From Neophaeotheca triangularis (lineage: Eukaryota): DNA of 64,000 bases. The stretch lies in the NCBI GenBank assembly GCA_054600435.1, contig BAAIJX010000003.1:682001-746000 (forward strand), given 5' to 3'. A program made the position numbers and the translations under genes. Shown piece by piece: positions 11,428-22,614 of this stretch. Each line of letters opens with the position of its first letter. Within the stretch, counting starts at the first letter, position 1. The notes under the pieces were generated by a model. That model saw nothing but the letters and a program-made list of their open reading frames with translations, did not search any database and was not told the origin of the DNA.

Positions 11428-14037
11428 AAGAGAAGCCTTGCGCATGAATCGTACAAGCTCCGTCTATATGAAGCTTGCGCATGGGCAAAGAGCTTGAGTG
11501 GTGAGGATCTCGTCTGGTATCAAGATATCTCGGCGGCACGTGGATGCTGCCACGATAGCTCAGCGGACCGCTCGATAGGTTGGCTGCAGCACTCGCTCTG
11601 CCCTCTACAGCTCAGAAGAGAAGTTCGAGTTGCTTGCCCTTCGCCGGGCAACCCGACTCAGCAGAGCATGTGTGTCGGAGGTGAAGGGAAGCAATCACCA
11701 ATCGGGTGCCTCCGCCAAAAAAGCAGCTATCCTATGGTCGTTGCCATCGATTCCCGACAACCCTATGGAATCCTCGCTCAGTTTCACCGACAAGACACGG
11801 GCTCCAGACCGCCGCGAACTCGCAGCTACCTAGCAGCATGCAAGATGCAAGCGGCAAACCAAGGCCTTTCACCGTCAAGCCTCCGGAACAGCGTCCGGTA
11901 TTACTCTCGCTACTACTGGACATGTAGGCTGTATATGCAGCGCCGTTTGGCTGCGTCTGTAATCTATGTGCAGTGTGTTCGTGGTGGCGGAAACAACGGT
12001 CATGGATGGTGGCATGCACTTGCAGACTGCAAGACAGGAGAGGCGAGCTAGCTGCAACTGCCATGCACCTTTGATCGCCAGTTTGACGAACGCAGTCTAT
12101 CTATTGACAATATTAAAAAGTGAGGTTACCTCGGGGAAGCCGATGTCAAGAACTACCTTAGGTATACATTATACCTTTAGCCAATGTCTGGTGACGGACG
12201 AATGCCCCGAACCTCAAAATCAGCCGTGTTCACCTGCACTGTCCGGGTCTAGAGGCGATCGTTGTCCTTCCGGCAACGAAGATTAGCGCTGCTGTACTGT
12301 ACCTAGGTAGTAAGTACTCTATACCCACGCAAAAAAACGTTATCGATCCAATGTCCGTTCCCTGCGTGGCCCCATGTCCACGCGAGTCCGCCCGGTCAAA
12401 CAGACACACCTACAGGGCAGGCAGGCCCTTCCTACGGCACTTGCAGCCAAGTCAATCCAATCCATTGATGCATGGTCGCTTGTTCCACACGCACTTCATC
12501 TAAACAACCGGAACATGGCGTTTATTAAGCGCGTCTCTGGGTCCTAGTGCAGGAAGCCCTCGTCCACTCGACCTTTACACATTATTCACGTATGACTTAA
12601 CCTAGGTAACTTATCGACTGTGCCGTCTCTCCCACAGAAACAACGGTCATCGGCAGTTGACACGAAGCTGTACGCTGGAACGCCAGTCGGTTCAGCAGCG
12701 CCACCACCACCACCCACCCTCACTGCACCCGCTGCGAGTGTGCCCCCCGTCGGCGAGCTCCGCCGAAGCTCGGCGTATTCTGCAGAAAAGTCGTCGTGTT
12801 CCCGCAGCAGCAGCAGAAGGATGGAGAAAAGGTAAGGTGGTAGCTCAGGCGGCAAAAAGAGGGCAGCACGTCCTCTCATTATTCATCAGTCTTGCTCGGC
12901 TGTTTCATCCATTTGGCCGCCGCTGAGACGGTGTGATGAATGTTTGCACTTACCCGTTGCAGGCTGAGGTGCATGTGTTGTTGAGTACTGTGTGACTATC
13001 AAATAATGTCCAGAGTGCTGGGAGCGGGCAGAGGCAAGAGGGGGTAAAGGTAAGCGTGGGTGATAAGGTAGTGAGTGGGTGAGGCGGGTTGTGGGCACTG
13101 GGTTGGAGGGGCTGCTAGGGCCATTTTGCCGAGGGACGCTGCTCAGGTCAGGGCTGGGTGTAGACGGGAGCTTCGACTTTGGCTTGACGAGAGGGAGGGA
13201 CCCGACGGTAACCTCCTAATCGCTACGATTAATCGGGCTGGCGGGGTGGGATGCGATTGGTGGCTACTGGCTACCTATACCTACCTACCTTACCTTATTA
13301 CATGGCCCGTCATGACGCTGCAGGTAAGCGCAGGCGGAATCGGATGGCGTGGGAAGTACGGTGCCTTACCTATAGTACCTTGAAGTATCGTGATTCGTGA
13401 GCAGTACCTACAGTAAGGTAGACTACCCACTACCTATATACCTAGGTTGGTAGAGTCGACAGACAAGGCGGGATAGCATGTGGCACTTGCGGGGGGAGTC
13501 GAGAAAGTCTACCTAACTTACTGTTGTGTAGGCGGTACCTAACTAGTTGTATCGTTACGACTTACGAGTACTGTGGTTAGTAGTGGAGCACACACGAGAC
13601 TTCTTCACACTAAGAAACGACCCTTTTTCCTCGACATAACTACGTACAGGTAATAATATTGTCACAAGGACGGGAGTCTCAAGTTTCTCAACACCAGCAC
13701 TGATGAGCAGCAGCAGCATGCCTCCGCGCGTCGACAACCCCGTATTATGATTTATTATTGCCCTTTGGTTGATCAATTGTTTCATTTGTCTACTACTCTC
13801 CTTCGAGTAGGTTATCATCAACTTTCCAGTACTAGTATCCATCGGGTGCTTGCGTCGTCAGTCTGCCCATCTACGCCATCCATGCCTCTCAAACCACATC
13901 GCACGACCCTCCCGGCAACTACTAGTACTCATCGCGGTGCATGTAACGAACCACTATGCCGGTACAAGGTGTCGCTTGGAAGCTGCGAGGATGAAATACC
14001 GGCACTTCCTGCTGTCGCCGTTGCTGCTTGCCAAAGA

Positions 14038-14080
14038 TACCTACCTACCTACCTACCTACCGACCTTCCTACCTACCTAA
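14038..14080 (+). repeat. (TACC)n simple repeat
   Basis: tacctacctacctacctacctac...ctacctacctaa; similar tracts near 13270-13295 and 25015-25040. Confidence 0.85.
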
Positions 14081-14342
14081 CCTTACCGTATCAATTGCTC
14101 CTCTTTCCTGCCATCTCTTTGCTCTCAAAAACCTCCCCTACCATCCGACTGTCTCACCTACCTGCGGTACATACTGTCCAGTACTGTCCATAAGCTGTTG
14201 ACTTCCTGTCGCCGTACTGCACAACACTCGATCCGTGACTCTGTGGGTGGCTATCCCCTCGAAATTCGTTCGCCAACTCGATCTCTCCACATCTCAGCGC
14301 TTGCTGACTCTTGTTTGTTGCGTAGATGCGTTGTCCATCATC

Positions 14343-16652
14343 ATGACTTCTCTACTAGCCCTGCTGTCTCAGCAGACTCCCAGCTTGAGTACTCGCAAAG
14401 CTTTAATCATCCTCGGCCTTCAAAACGACTTCAACGCGCCATCGGGAAAGCTTCCCGTGACCACCGACCTGGATTATCTTGACAAGATTTCCCAATTGGT
14501 TCCAGGATTCCGCGAACACGGCGATATCATTTGGGTGCGATCTGAATTCGAGGCCAATCGCCCCATTGCGAACCCGGTTGAAAGCGGATGCAGTGTCATT
14601 GTAGGACCGCCACGTGAAAATAGACCCGAGGACGTACGCAAAGATAGCTCGCAGTCGCCCAAGACTGACCGTAAAAGCCCCGTCCATGTCTTAGACGATG
14701 CTGTAGAGGACGGCTCAACATTCGACATTGACGAAGAGGACGAAGAACTGTTCCTCTGCCAGCACGAGACGCGAAAGCCTTGCTGCGTAAAGAATTCCTG
14801 GGGCGCAGAGTATACCGAGAAAATTGCGCCATTGATAAAGACCGGCGACATGCAAGTGACCAAAAGCTATTACTCGGCTTTCAGCTCCACGTCCTTGCTC
14901 ATGACCTTGCGCTCGAAGCTGATCACCGAGCTTTACGTTTGTGGCAACATGACCAACATCTCCGTATATGCCACTGCCATGGATGCCGCCCGGTATGGTA
15001 TCAAGATCACGCTGGTCGAGAACTGCTTAGGGTACCGCAAGCGCGAAAGACACGACCGCGCGCTTCATGATCTTGTCGAGATTATGGAGGCAGCCGTCCT
15101 GCCCAGCACGAAGGTCCTTGACATTCTCGAAAATCCACCAGACTCCGAGGAGGAGAGCGATGAAGAAGACGAAGTCGACGAGGACTCTGACGCGAGCGCG
15201 TCCGACGAAGTCGCCCGCTCGCATGCATCTGCTGCACCAAATTTAGCTGGTGTATTAGAACCCGACAGTGAGGAAGATGAAGACAACAGCGATGATGACG
15301 CGGCTAGAGTACGTCCCGTCCGCTCTTCAGGGAAGCCCAATGAGGCAGAAATCCCTCATCAAGCACTCAGAGACTTACAGCTAGCAGATGTCCGCTCAAG
15401 TACCACTCGGCATGCGCGGACTACGCACGATGAATATCGCAGCAACACGAACTTCAAATGCCCTGGTGCAACGACAGGGTCGCCCGAAGCCTCCTACTCC
15501 TCAGGTCACGAAGGCGTAGCTAGTCGCAGTCTAGATCAGGGGGAAGCAGGCACTGCAGGTCCGCTTCCTCGATCATTCCTATCTGACGCAAAGCCGATGG
15601 CCGCGGCCTTGGATACTGTTGACACACAGCAAACCAACAGCACCTCTTTCTACGAGTCAGTAGCATTTCAAGACTGCGAGGGCCACGAGATACCTTCGCG
15701 CAGTCGAGACTATATCCATACCTCGCCTTTTAGACGGACTATGCCACTCTTCGGTGAAGACAGACATGATGAGAGCGCTGGGTCTAGCCTTATTCATGCA
15801 TTACTCGACGCCACATCCTCGAAAACCATATTTGACGTCCTAAAGGACGAAATTAAATGGCAGCGGATGTTACATCAAACCGGCGAGGTACCCAGGCTAG
15901 TCTGCTGCCAGGCCACAATCGGTGAAGATGGAAGTATTCCAGTTTATCGACATCCTTCCGATTACACCCTCCCAGCGATGCCTTGGTCAAGTAATGTCGA
16001 CCGTGTCCGAAGAGCAGCAGAAGCGGCGGCCGGCCATCCATTGAATCACGCCCTCATACAGCTCTACCGAGGCGGGTCAGACTTTATCTCGGAGCACTCC
16101 GACAAGACTCTCGACATAGCGCCTGGAAGCTCCATCGTCAACGTCTCATTCGGTGCTCAGCGCGTCATGAGATTACGAACGAAACGCACTACCAAGTCAC
16201 TTGCAGACTCTTCTCACGATCAACTACCCACAAGTCCGCCACCACCCCCTTCACCTAGAACAACGCACCGAGTGCCTCTACCCCACAACTCCATGATCCA
16301 AATGTCCCTCCCAACCAACGCCACCTACCTCCACGGCATCATGCCAGACAAACGTCCGGCAGTCGAGCTTACCGACGCGGAGAAGGCTAACAATGGCCAC
16401 CGCATCAGTCTCACTTTCCGTTACATCAAGACATTCCTTAGCAAGGATGGCGACCGGATGTGGGGCCAAGGTGCCAAGGGCAAAACTGCTGATAGCTCTC
16501 GACCTGTCGTTAATGGAGACGAGGTTGAGAGTGCTAAATTGGTTGCGGCTTTTGGCGCGGAGAATCGAGCTGGGGCGATCGAGCGGCAGGGGATTTATGG
16601 GGATGGCTTCGATGTACTGCACTTGAAGGGGAGGCTGGTTGAGGAGGGTTGA
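14343..16652 (+). CDS. Isochorismatase-like domain fused to an AlkB-type 2OG-Fe(II) oxygenase
   Basis: ALIILGLQNDF, KSYYSAF, ELYVCGNMTNISVYATAMDA; acidic linker; C-terminal LNHALIQLYRGGSDFISEHSDK, YLHGI, RISLTFR. Confidence 0.88.
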   Translation: MTSLLALLSQQTPSLSTRKALIILGLQNDFNAPSGKLPVTTDLDYLDKISQLVPGFREHGDIIWVRSEFEANRPIANPVESGCSVIVGPPRENRPEDVRKDSSQSPKTDRKSPVHVLDDAVEDGSTFDIDEEDEELFLCQHETRKPCCVKNSWGAEYTEKIAPLIKTGDMQVTKSYYSAFSSTSLLMTLRSKLITELYVCGNMTNISVYATAMDAARYGIKITLVENCLGYRKRERHDRALHDLVEIMEAAVLPSTKVLDILENPPDSEEESDEEDEVDEDSDASASDEVARSHASAAPNLAGVLEPDSEEDEDNSDDDAARVRPVRSSGKPNEAEIPHQALRDLQLADVRSSTTRHARTTHDEYRSNTNFKCPGATTGSPEASYSSGHEGVASRSLDQGEAGTAGPLPRSFLSDAKPMAAALDTVDTQQTNSTSFYESVAFQDCEGHEIPSRSRDYIHTSPFRRTMPLFGEDRHDESAGSSLIHALLDATSSKTIFDVLKDEIKWQRMLHQTGEVPRLVCCQATIGEDGSIPVYRHPSDYTLPAMPWSSNVDRVRRAAEAAAGHPLNHALIQLYRGGSDFISEHSDKTLDIAPGSSIVNVSFGAQRVMRLRTKRTTKSLADSSHDQLPTSPPPPPSPRTTHRVPLPHNSMIQMSLPTNATYLHGIMPDKRPAVELTDAEKANNGHRISLTFRYIKTFLSKDGDRMWGQGAKGKTADSSRPVVNGDEVESAKLVAAFGAENRAGAIERQGIYGDGFDVLHLKGRLVEEG

Positions 16653-17130
16653 GGGAGGACATGTTGGGTGCGCTTTTGAATTCTGCGTTTGGTGATGGTT
16701 GCTTGATGGCTTGATACGATATGTCGACTTTATCTGTACATGTTCCGCCCCTAGCATCTTCCCGCCCGATGTCATTTAGTGTCGAATTACTCGCACTATG
16801 GGTCTTTACAATGCCAATTCGAGGGTGATGAGTCTAGTCTGCGACACAGTCTCGGAAGCAGAGATACTGTTCACTTCCAGGAAGTTTCCCGCTTGCCCCG
16901 CCACGTGTGAACCACACTTCATCTTCATCTAACCATCTCTCAAGTCCTGCCTATACTCCAAGTCCTCGCTCCACAAGGCACAGGTCGACGATATTAGACC
17001 ATCAAAGATTCCAAAACCCGCAGAAAATCCCTCCAGGTAGGTCACGGCCGCGAAGCACTGCTGAGCCCACCCATCGGCCGTCTCCGCGAGCTATCGAGCT
17101 CTCGCTTCGACGACCCATCTTCCACCTTTC

Positions 17131-17170
<40 letters not shown>
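17131..17170 (+). repeat. (CT)n microsatellite upstream of the HIU hydrolase gene
   Basis: Run of ctctct dinucleotides. Confidence 0.9.
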
Positions 17171-17172
<2 letters not shown>

Positions 17173-17228
17173 TCCCTCGCTCCACCGGCTACCACACAAC
17201 ACCTTTGAATACAGAAGCAGACAAGTCA

Positions 17229-17723
17229 ATGAGCGCCCGCCCCCGCGGCCCAAACCCACCAAACCCCCGCCTCACGGCCCTATCCTCGCAGCTAAACCCC
17301 ACCATGTCCTCCCAACACCACCAACAACAACAACAAGACACCCGGCCCTTCATAACCTGCCACGTCCTAGACACCACCCAGGGCAAACCAGGCGCCAACA
17401 TCTCCGTAACCCTAACTCTCCTCAGCCCCTGCCCGAGCACCAGCCCACCGCCAACCTTCCACGGCACAACAAACTCCGACGGCCGGGTCGCGGGCTGGGC
17501 GAGCGCGAGCCCCGAGCACGACCTCTTCACCCTGATGGATGACATGGAGCCCCAGGCGAAAATGGTCTGGAAATTGGCTTTTGATGTGGAAGCGTATTAT
17601 GGCGAGGGGAGGACTTTTTGGGACGTTGTTGAGTTGAGTTTTTCCGCGAGGAAGTGCGAGGGGCATTATCATGTTCCTTTGCTTTTGGGGCCGTGGAGTT
17701 ATACTACTTATCGGGGGTCTTGA
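17229..17723 (+). CDS. 5-hydroxyisourate hydrolase (transthyretin-like), with N-terminal PTS2-like motif
   Basis: ITCHVLDTTQGKPG, TNSDGR, HYHVPLLLGPWSYTTYRGS C-terminal signature; second in-frame ATG at 17304. Confidence 0.93.
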   Translation: MSARPRGPNPPNPRLTALSSQLNPTMSSQHHQQQQQDTRPFITCHVLDTTQGKPGANISVTLTLLSPCPSTSPPPTFHGTTNSDGRVAGWASASPEHDLFTLMDDMEPQAKMVWKLAFDVEAYYGEGRTFWDVVELSFSARKCEGHYHVPLLLGPWSYTTYRGS

Positions 17724-18121
17724 GGTTGGTTGGTTGGGGGTGAGGTGGGTGTACGGGGTGGATCTCGGGTGGAGATGCGTGGGCTTGGTGTTGATGTGGT
17801 TTATGTGTTGAGGTAGTAGTAGGCGTTTTATTGCGCTGCTAGGCACTAGGAAATGACCAATGGCTTACGAAGAAGAGAAGAGGTGTGTCGATATTGCAAT
17901 AAATGCTTGAGATAGTACATAAGATAGTGGAGAGGTCGTCCTAACAGGCTTGGGGCCTCTTGCTTCGTCTTCAATCCCTCCATCATACATGATTCCCTCA
18001 ACTCGTACAACTAGTAAGCACATACCCCCCGGATGAAAGTTCCCTGAAAAACAATCCCAGAACACCAGCGCTAGGTAGCCACCCAAAAGCACGCATCGTA
18101 CAAAATCACCTTTTGCCAATC

Positions 18122-18892
18122 TTACACCTCCACGGCTCGATCGTTCCTCATCCCCTCCAAAACCTTCACCAGACCCCCCTCCCTCATCCGCTCCAGCACG
18201 ACATTCATCCCCTGCTTGGCCTTGGGCTGACTGCGCTCCGTGCGTTGCAAACTAATGCTCTCAATCGCACTCCTCACAGCACCACTCGTCCAGGAACTGA
18301 AGAAACCCTTCTTGACCTCCTCACCCTCCCCAGCAACCGAAGTCGCCGTAGCCTGCTCGCCCCACTTCTGCCTACGCTTGCGAATCTGCTCTCCAATACG
18401 CGACTTCAGCGTCACGGAAACAGAGCAGAGCGTCTTATCCTGATCGGTCGTTTCCACGACACCACGAGTCTGCAACTCCTTGACCTCATCGGCCGGGATG
18501 TGGTGCGAGGGTGTTTGCGGCCGGCGGTACGTCTGCCGCTCGATGACGGAGAGCACGTTGTTCCAGTCTAGGTTCCGGCTTTCGGTTTGCATCCAGCCTT
18601 CTTTGGCGTCTACGACGCTCTTTTCGAGGATGAAGGACTGGGTGCTGCCATCTTCGGCCGCGCCCAGGGTGCTGCGGGGGAGGAGTTTCAGGACTGCGGG
18701 AGGCAGGCGGGATTTCTTGAGGTGGAGGCGGATGGTTGTGAGGCGTTGAGTTTGCGGGTCGAAGGCGCGGGAGATGGTGTCGGTGCTTGCGACATGGCGG
18801 GAGTAGGGGTTGGGGTAGCGGAGGAAGTAGGCGAGGGAGACGGCTGGGAAGGGGTAGTCGTAGGTGTAGCTGCTGGAGTAGAACTTGACCAT
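18122..18892 (-). CDS. UPS1: PRELI/MSF1 mitochondrial lipid-transfer protein (Ups1-like)
   Basis: MVKFYS..YDYPFPAVSLAYFLRYPNPYSRHV..D, SRNLDW, GMNVVLE. Confidence 0.85.
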   Translation of the reverse strand: MVKFYSSSYTYDYPFPAVSLAYFLRYPNPYSRHVASTDTISRAFDPQTQRLTTIRLHLKKSRLPPAVLKLLPRSTLGAAEDGSTQSFILEKSVVDAKEGWMQTESRNLDWNNVLSVIERQTYRRPQTPSHHIPADEVKELQTRGVVETTDQDKTLCSVSVTLKSRIGEQIRKRRQKWGEQATATSVAGEGEEVKKGFFSSWTSGAVRSAIESISLQRTERSQPKAKQGMNVVLERMREGGLVKVLEGMRNDRAVEV

Positions 18893-19312
18893 TATCGCGG
18901 TGGTGGTGGGCGAGTTGTGTGGAAGTGAGGCATACTCCAACCAAGAGCGACTGTGGGAGAATGTGAGATCGATGTTTGACTGTAAGTGAAAGCGAATGCA
19001 AGGGTGTATGTTAGGTAGTATCTCGTGACTTGTAAGCTGACGCTGCCTTCTTCTGGATTCGCTGCGGCCTCCGCACTTATGATGTCTTCTTCGAGCTTAG
19101 TTGCGTTGCGGGTCGGTGCGATTGCCGAAGAAGCCGAGACCAACATCCCACTTTTGGGGGCCATGAGACATGGCGGGGCATTGAGAGTCACTAATGAGAT
19201 ATACCTTATCGTTTTGAAGGCTTCGAGTCGCGAAAAATTGCAACCACAGAGCTTTACACAGGCACCCTTCAACACCTTCTCAGAGTGTACAGAAAGAAAC
19301 AAATCAGAAACC

Positions 19313-20857
19313 ATGGCAACCCCGGAAGCGGTTGGCGCACCGCCAGCTGTTGCAGAAGAGCACGCGAAGAAAGAAGATGCATCGGAACAACTGATCGATC
19401 CATACAATGTCACGGGCGGCGTCGATGAGCAGGGCAACGCAAAGGCAATTGATTACGACCGATTAAGAGACGTCTTTGGAGTTCAGCCCCTCACCGACGA
19501 TCACTTGAAACGCTTCGAACAGGTCACTGGCAAGCCTGCCCACCGATTGATGAGGAGGAAGCTGTTCTTCAGCCATCGCGACTTTGACAGAATATTGGAC
19601 GCATACGAGCAACATGGTACATTCATGCTGTACACTGGGAGAGGGCCGAGCAGTGGGAGCATGCATCTCGGCCACACTGTCCCTTTCCTCTTTACCAAGG
19701 AGCTGCAAGAGATGTTCGATGTCCCACTAGTAATCATGTTGACGGATGATGAGAAATACCTCTACACCCGCAACAAGAATCAAGGTGTGCAAAAGTCTGG
19801 CAACGCGATTGCAGACTTCATCACCTTTGCCCACGACAACGCAAAGGACATCATTTCCCTCGGCTTCGACCCCGCCAAAACATTCATCTATTCCGACTTC
19901 GAGTACATAGGCGGGCACATGCAGCAAAACATCACCGAGTTCGAGTCACTGCTCCCATATAACCAAATCAAAGGCGCTTTGGGTTTTTCCGACAGCACGA
20001 ACGTCGGACTCATTGCTTTCGGCGCCCGTGAGTGTGCCGCCGCCTTCCCATCCAGCTACCCCGAAATCTTCGGCTACAAGGACTACCGCGCACCAGAGTA
20101 CGACCTGGACGCCCTGCGGCCGCACAAGGCACTCGCCTCAATGCCGACGCTTATCCCTTGCGCCATCGACCAAGAGCCCTACTTTCGCATCCTGCGCGCC
20201 AACTGTGAGCGCATGACCCTTCCCTCGCCCAAGACGTCACTCGTACTGTCGAAATTTTTGACCGCCCTGCAAGGCCCTGGTGGCAAGATGAGCGCTTCCG
20301 ACGCCAACTCCGCCATCTTCATGTCCGACACGCCCAAGCAAATCAAGGACAAGATCAACAAGCACGCCTTCTCCGGCGGACGGGAGTCGCTGGAAGAGCA
20401 CCGTCGGCTGGGTGGAAACCCGGATGTGGATGTTGCATACACTTACCTCTCGTACTTTTTGGAGTCGGATGAGGAGCTAGAGGAACTGGCTACCAAGTAC
20501 CGAGCCGGGGAGATTTTGACTGGAGAAATGAAGAAGCGCTGCATCGACGAGTTGCAGAAGTTCGTCGGCGCTTTCCAAGAGAGGAGGAGCAAGGTCACGC
20601 ACGAGGTTATGAGGGAGTTCATGCGGCCGCGAAAGCTGGAGTTCAAGGGAAATCCTAATCCGCTGAAGCCGAAGACCGAGGAGACAAGTGGTACTGCGGA
20701 TGGCGCTGAAGGTGGCGAGAAGAGGGCTGATGGCAAGCTGACAAAGGGGCAGCGGAAGGAACTCAAAATTGCTGAGAAGAAGGCTGAGAAGGAGAAGGAG
20801 AAGCTTGCTATGAGGGGCAAGGGTGGTGAGGGCGAGCAGGCGTCAGATGGAGCGTGA
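19313..20857 (+). CDS. WRS1: Cytoplasmic tryptophanyl-tRNA synthetase
   Basis: YTGRGPSSGSMHLGH, LTDDEK, PCAIDQEPYFR, KMSAS, KINKHAFSGG. Confidence 0.96.
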   Translation: MATPEAVGAPPAVAEEHAKKEDASEQLIDPYNVTGGVDEQGNAKAIDYDRLRDVFGVQPLTDDHLKRFEQVTGKPAHRLMRRKLFFSHRDFDRILDAYEQHGTFMLYTGRGPSSGSMHLGHTVPFLFTKELQEMFDVPLVIMLTDDEKYLYTRNKNQGVQKSGNAIADFITFAHDNAKDIISLGFDPAKTFIYSDFEYIGGHMQQNITEFESLLPYNQIKGALGFSDSTNVGLIAFGARECAAAFPSSYPEIFGYKDYRAPEYDLDALRPHKALASMPTLIPCAIDQEPYFRILRANCERMTLPSPKTSLVLSKFLTALQGPGGKMSASDANSAIFMSDTPKQIKDKINKHAFSGGRESLEEHRRLGGNPDVDVAYTYLSYFLESDEELEELATKYRAGEILTGEMKKRCIDELQKFVGAFQERRSKVTHEVMREFMRPRKLEFKGNPNPLKPKTEETSGTADGAEGGEKRADGKLTKGQRKELKIAEKKAEKEKEKLAMRGKGGEGEQASDGA

Positions 20858-21078
20858 AGCCCGGGTTTAGGTGGTGAATGCTTCGAGTAAACGCAGCGAT
20901 ATGTTCCCCGCATGCCGGTAGGAAGTTGATGACAGCGTTCCAGCGGATTATAGTGGGTAGATTGGTAGAAAATTTTCCATCCACAATTGGCTTGCTTCTT
21001 CGTCGAATAATACGTACGGGTCTGAAGGCTGAAGGAACCAAAAAGCGAAAAGAAAGGGGAAGGGAAAAAAAAAAACAG

Positions 21079-21396
21079 AAAAAAAAAAAGACCGAGGAAC
21101 CCAGCGGCTAATAGCCAGAAGGGAGGAGGGTAAAGACCTCTTATTCAGAAGCTTTCATTTAAACTCCTTTTCACCCTTTTTCGCAACACCACCGTCCCCG
21201 CCTGAGCGCACACTTCCGTCCAGTGACGTACTTTGCTCAGACGCCCTACTCGGGATAAAGACGGTGCTGTCGCGGTTCGAACCCAGCACTGCCGTGAAAT
21301 CGAAGGGGGGGGCTATGAGCCTCCGCCTTGACCGCTGCGCCAGAGTTGGTTTCGAGGATTTTTGGGTACAAGGTTTGCCGCGCTGTGGTATATATA
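21079..21396 (-). ncRNA. Putative RNA polymerase III-transcribed structured RNA with a degenerate tRNA-like head (identity unknown)
   Basis: TATATA (21389-21396), A box TGGCGCAGCGG (21342-21332), B box GGTTCGAACC (21283-21274), long GU-containing stems, T11 terminator (21089-21079). Confidence 0.6.
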
Positions 21397-21686
21397 GTTT
21401 TGTTTGTTGGGGGGGTCCGTTGCTTGAGGGCGATGCCTTGGCCTCTTCCTCCTTGCATGGTGCGCGGTCTTTTTGCCGTCTGTCTTGTGGTTAGCCGCGC
21501 CTGGATATACTCTCTCCTTCGCTTTATAAAAGTATACCTCGACCTAAAACCTACCGCATCCGACATATACCACCATTCAACCTGGTGATCTCTGCGAGAC
21601 ATGAACCACAGCCGGACTCACGGCTCTTCGTCGCCCTTTACACTCATGAGAAAACCCATCAGCGCGATTGGATACATTCGATACCA

Positions 21687-22614
21687 CTACAGCTTGGAGA
21701 AAGTCGGCTTCCTCTTCTGCAACCCAGACATCATCGCAGCCTTGACATCCTCCGTCTGCAATTGCGAAGCGTTGACGACGGCCACATAGTTCAAACCTGC
21801 AAACACCAGCGTCAGCACCACATCCGCAACCACAATACCCACTCACTCCACACTCACCATCCGCTACGCTATGATCCCGCGAATAGTTGATAACCTCCTT
21901 GGTAGCCTGCACAGCCACGGGGCTCTTACTAGCCATCAACCGGGCCAACTCCAAGGCCTCGGCCACCGCCTCGCCCTTGCTACCACAAACCCGGCTCACA
22001 AACCCCACCCTCAGCGCCTCCTCGGCCCCAAACTCCCTCGCCGACAGCGCAACCTCCTTGACCCAGCTCATACTCACCCCGGCCTTGGGCAACCGCGACA
22101 GAGTCCCGATATCCGCCGCCAGCCCAATATCGACCTCCTTGACCGCGAAACGGGCGTCTGCGGCGCAGATGCGCACGTCGCAACAGGCCGTCATGTCGAT
22201 GGCCAGGCCGAAGCTGATGCCGTGCATGACGGCGATGACGGGTTTGGCGCAAGCCTCAATGGCCGAGATGTCCGCCTGGAAGGAGAGGATGTGGCGCTTG
22301 ATGGCGGCGGCCTTGCGAGCGGGGTCCGAGACCGCGGGTGTGGTGGCTTGTTCGGGCTCGCTGGCCAGGGCGCCGCTGGTCGAGGCGGCTTGTACGTCTA
22401 GGCCCGAGGTGAAGGCGCGGTCGCCGGCGGCGGTGAGCAGGATTGCTCGCACGTCGGGGTCTGCCGAGAGGCGGTTGAAGATGCGCGCGATGTCTTGCCA
22501 CATTGATTCTACGAAGGCGTTGAGTTTGGCTGGCCGGGAGATTTCCACTTGCGCGACATATTGGGAGGGGAATGTTACGTTGAAGTTGTTGTAGCTGTAT
22601 GTCGAGGACGACAT
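21687..22614 (-). CDS. Crotonase-family delta3,5-delta2,4-dienoyl-CoA isomerase, peroxisomal (intron 21797-21857)
   Basis: FTSGLD, KPVIAVMHG, KEVDIGLAADIGTLSRLPK, KSPVAVQATK; the spliced C-terminus ends PTFSKL (PTS1). Confidence 0.92.

Noticed and set aside
12275..12290. U6-like GAAGATTAGC
   Set aside because: Lacks ACAGAGA, the downstream U6 stem and Pol III signals
19025..19312. N-terminal (mitochondrial) extension of WRS1
   Set aside because: Overlaps the divergent UPS1/WRS1 promoter, contains acidic residues and is not presequence-like; ATG 19313 has ideal context
21260..21350. Functional tRNA-Met/Leu gene
   Set aside because: A and B boxes are present, but the acceptor stem (CCAACTC has no partner) and the T stem do not pair
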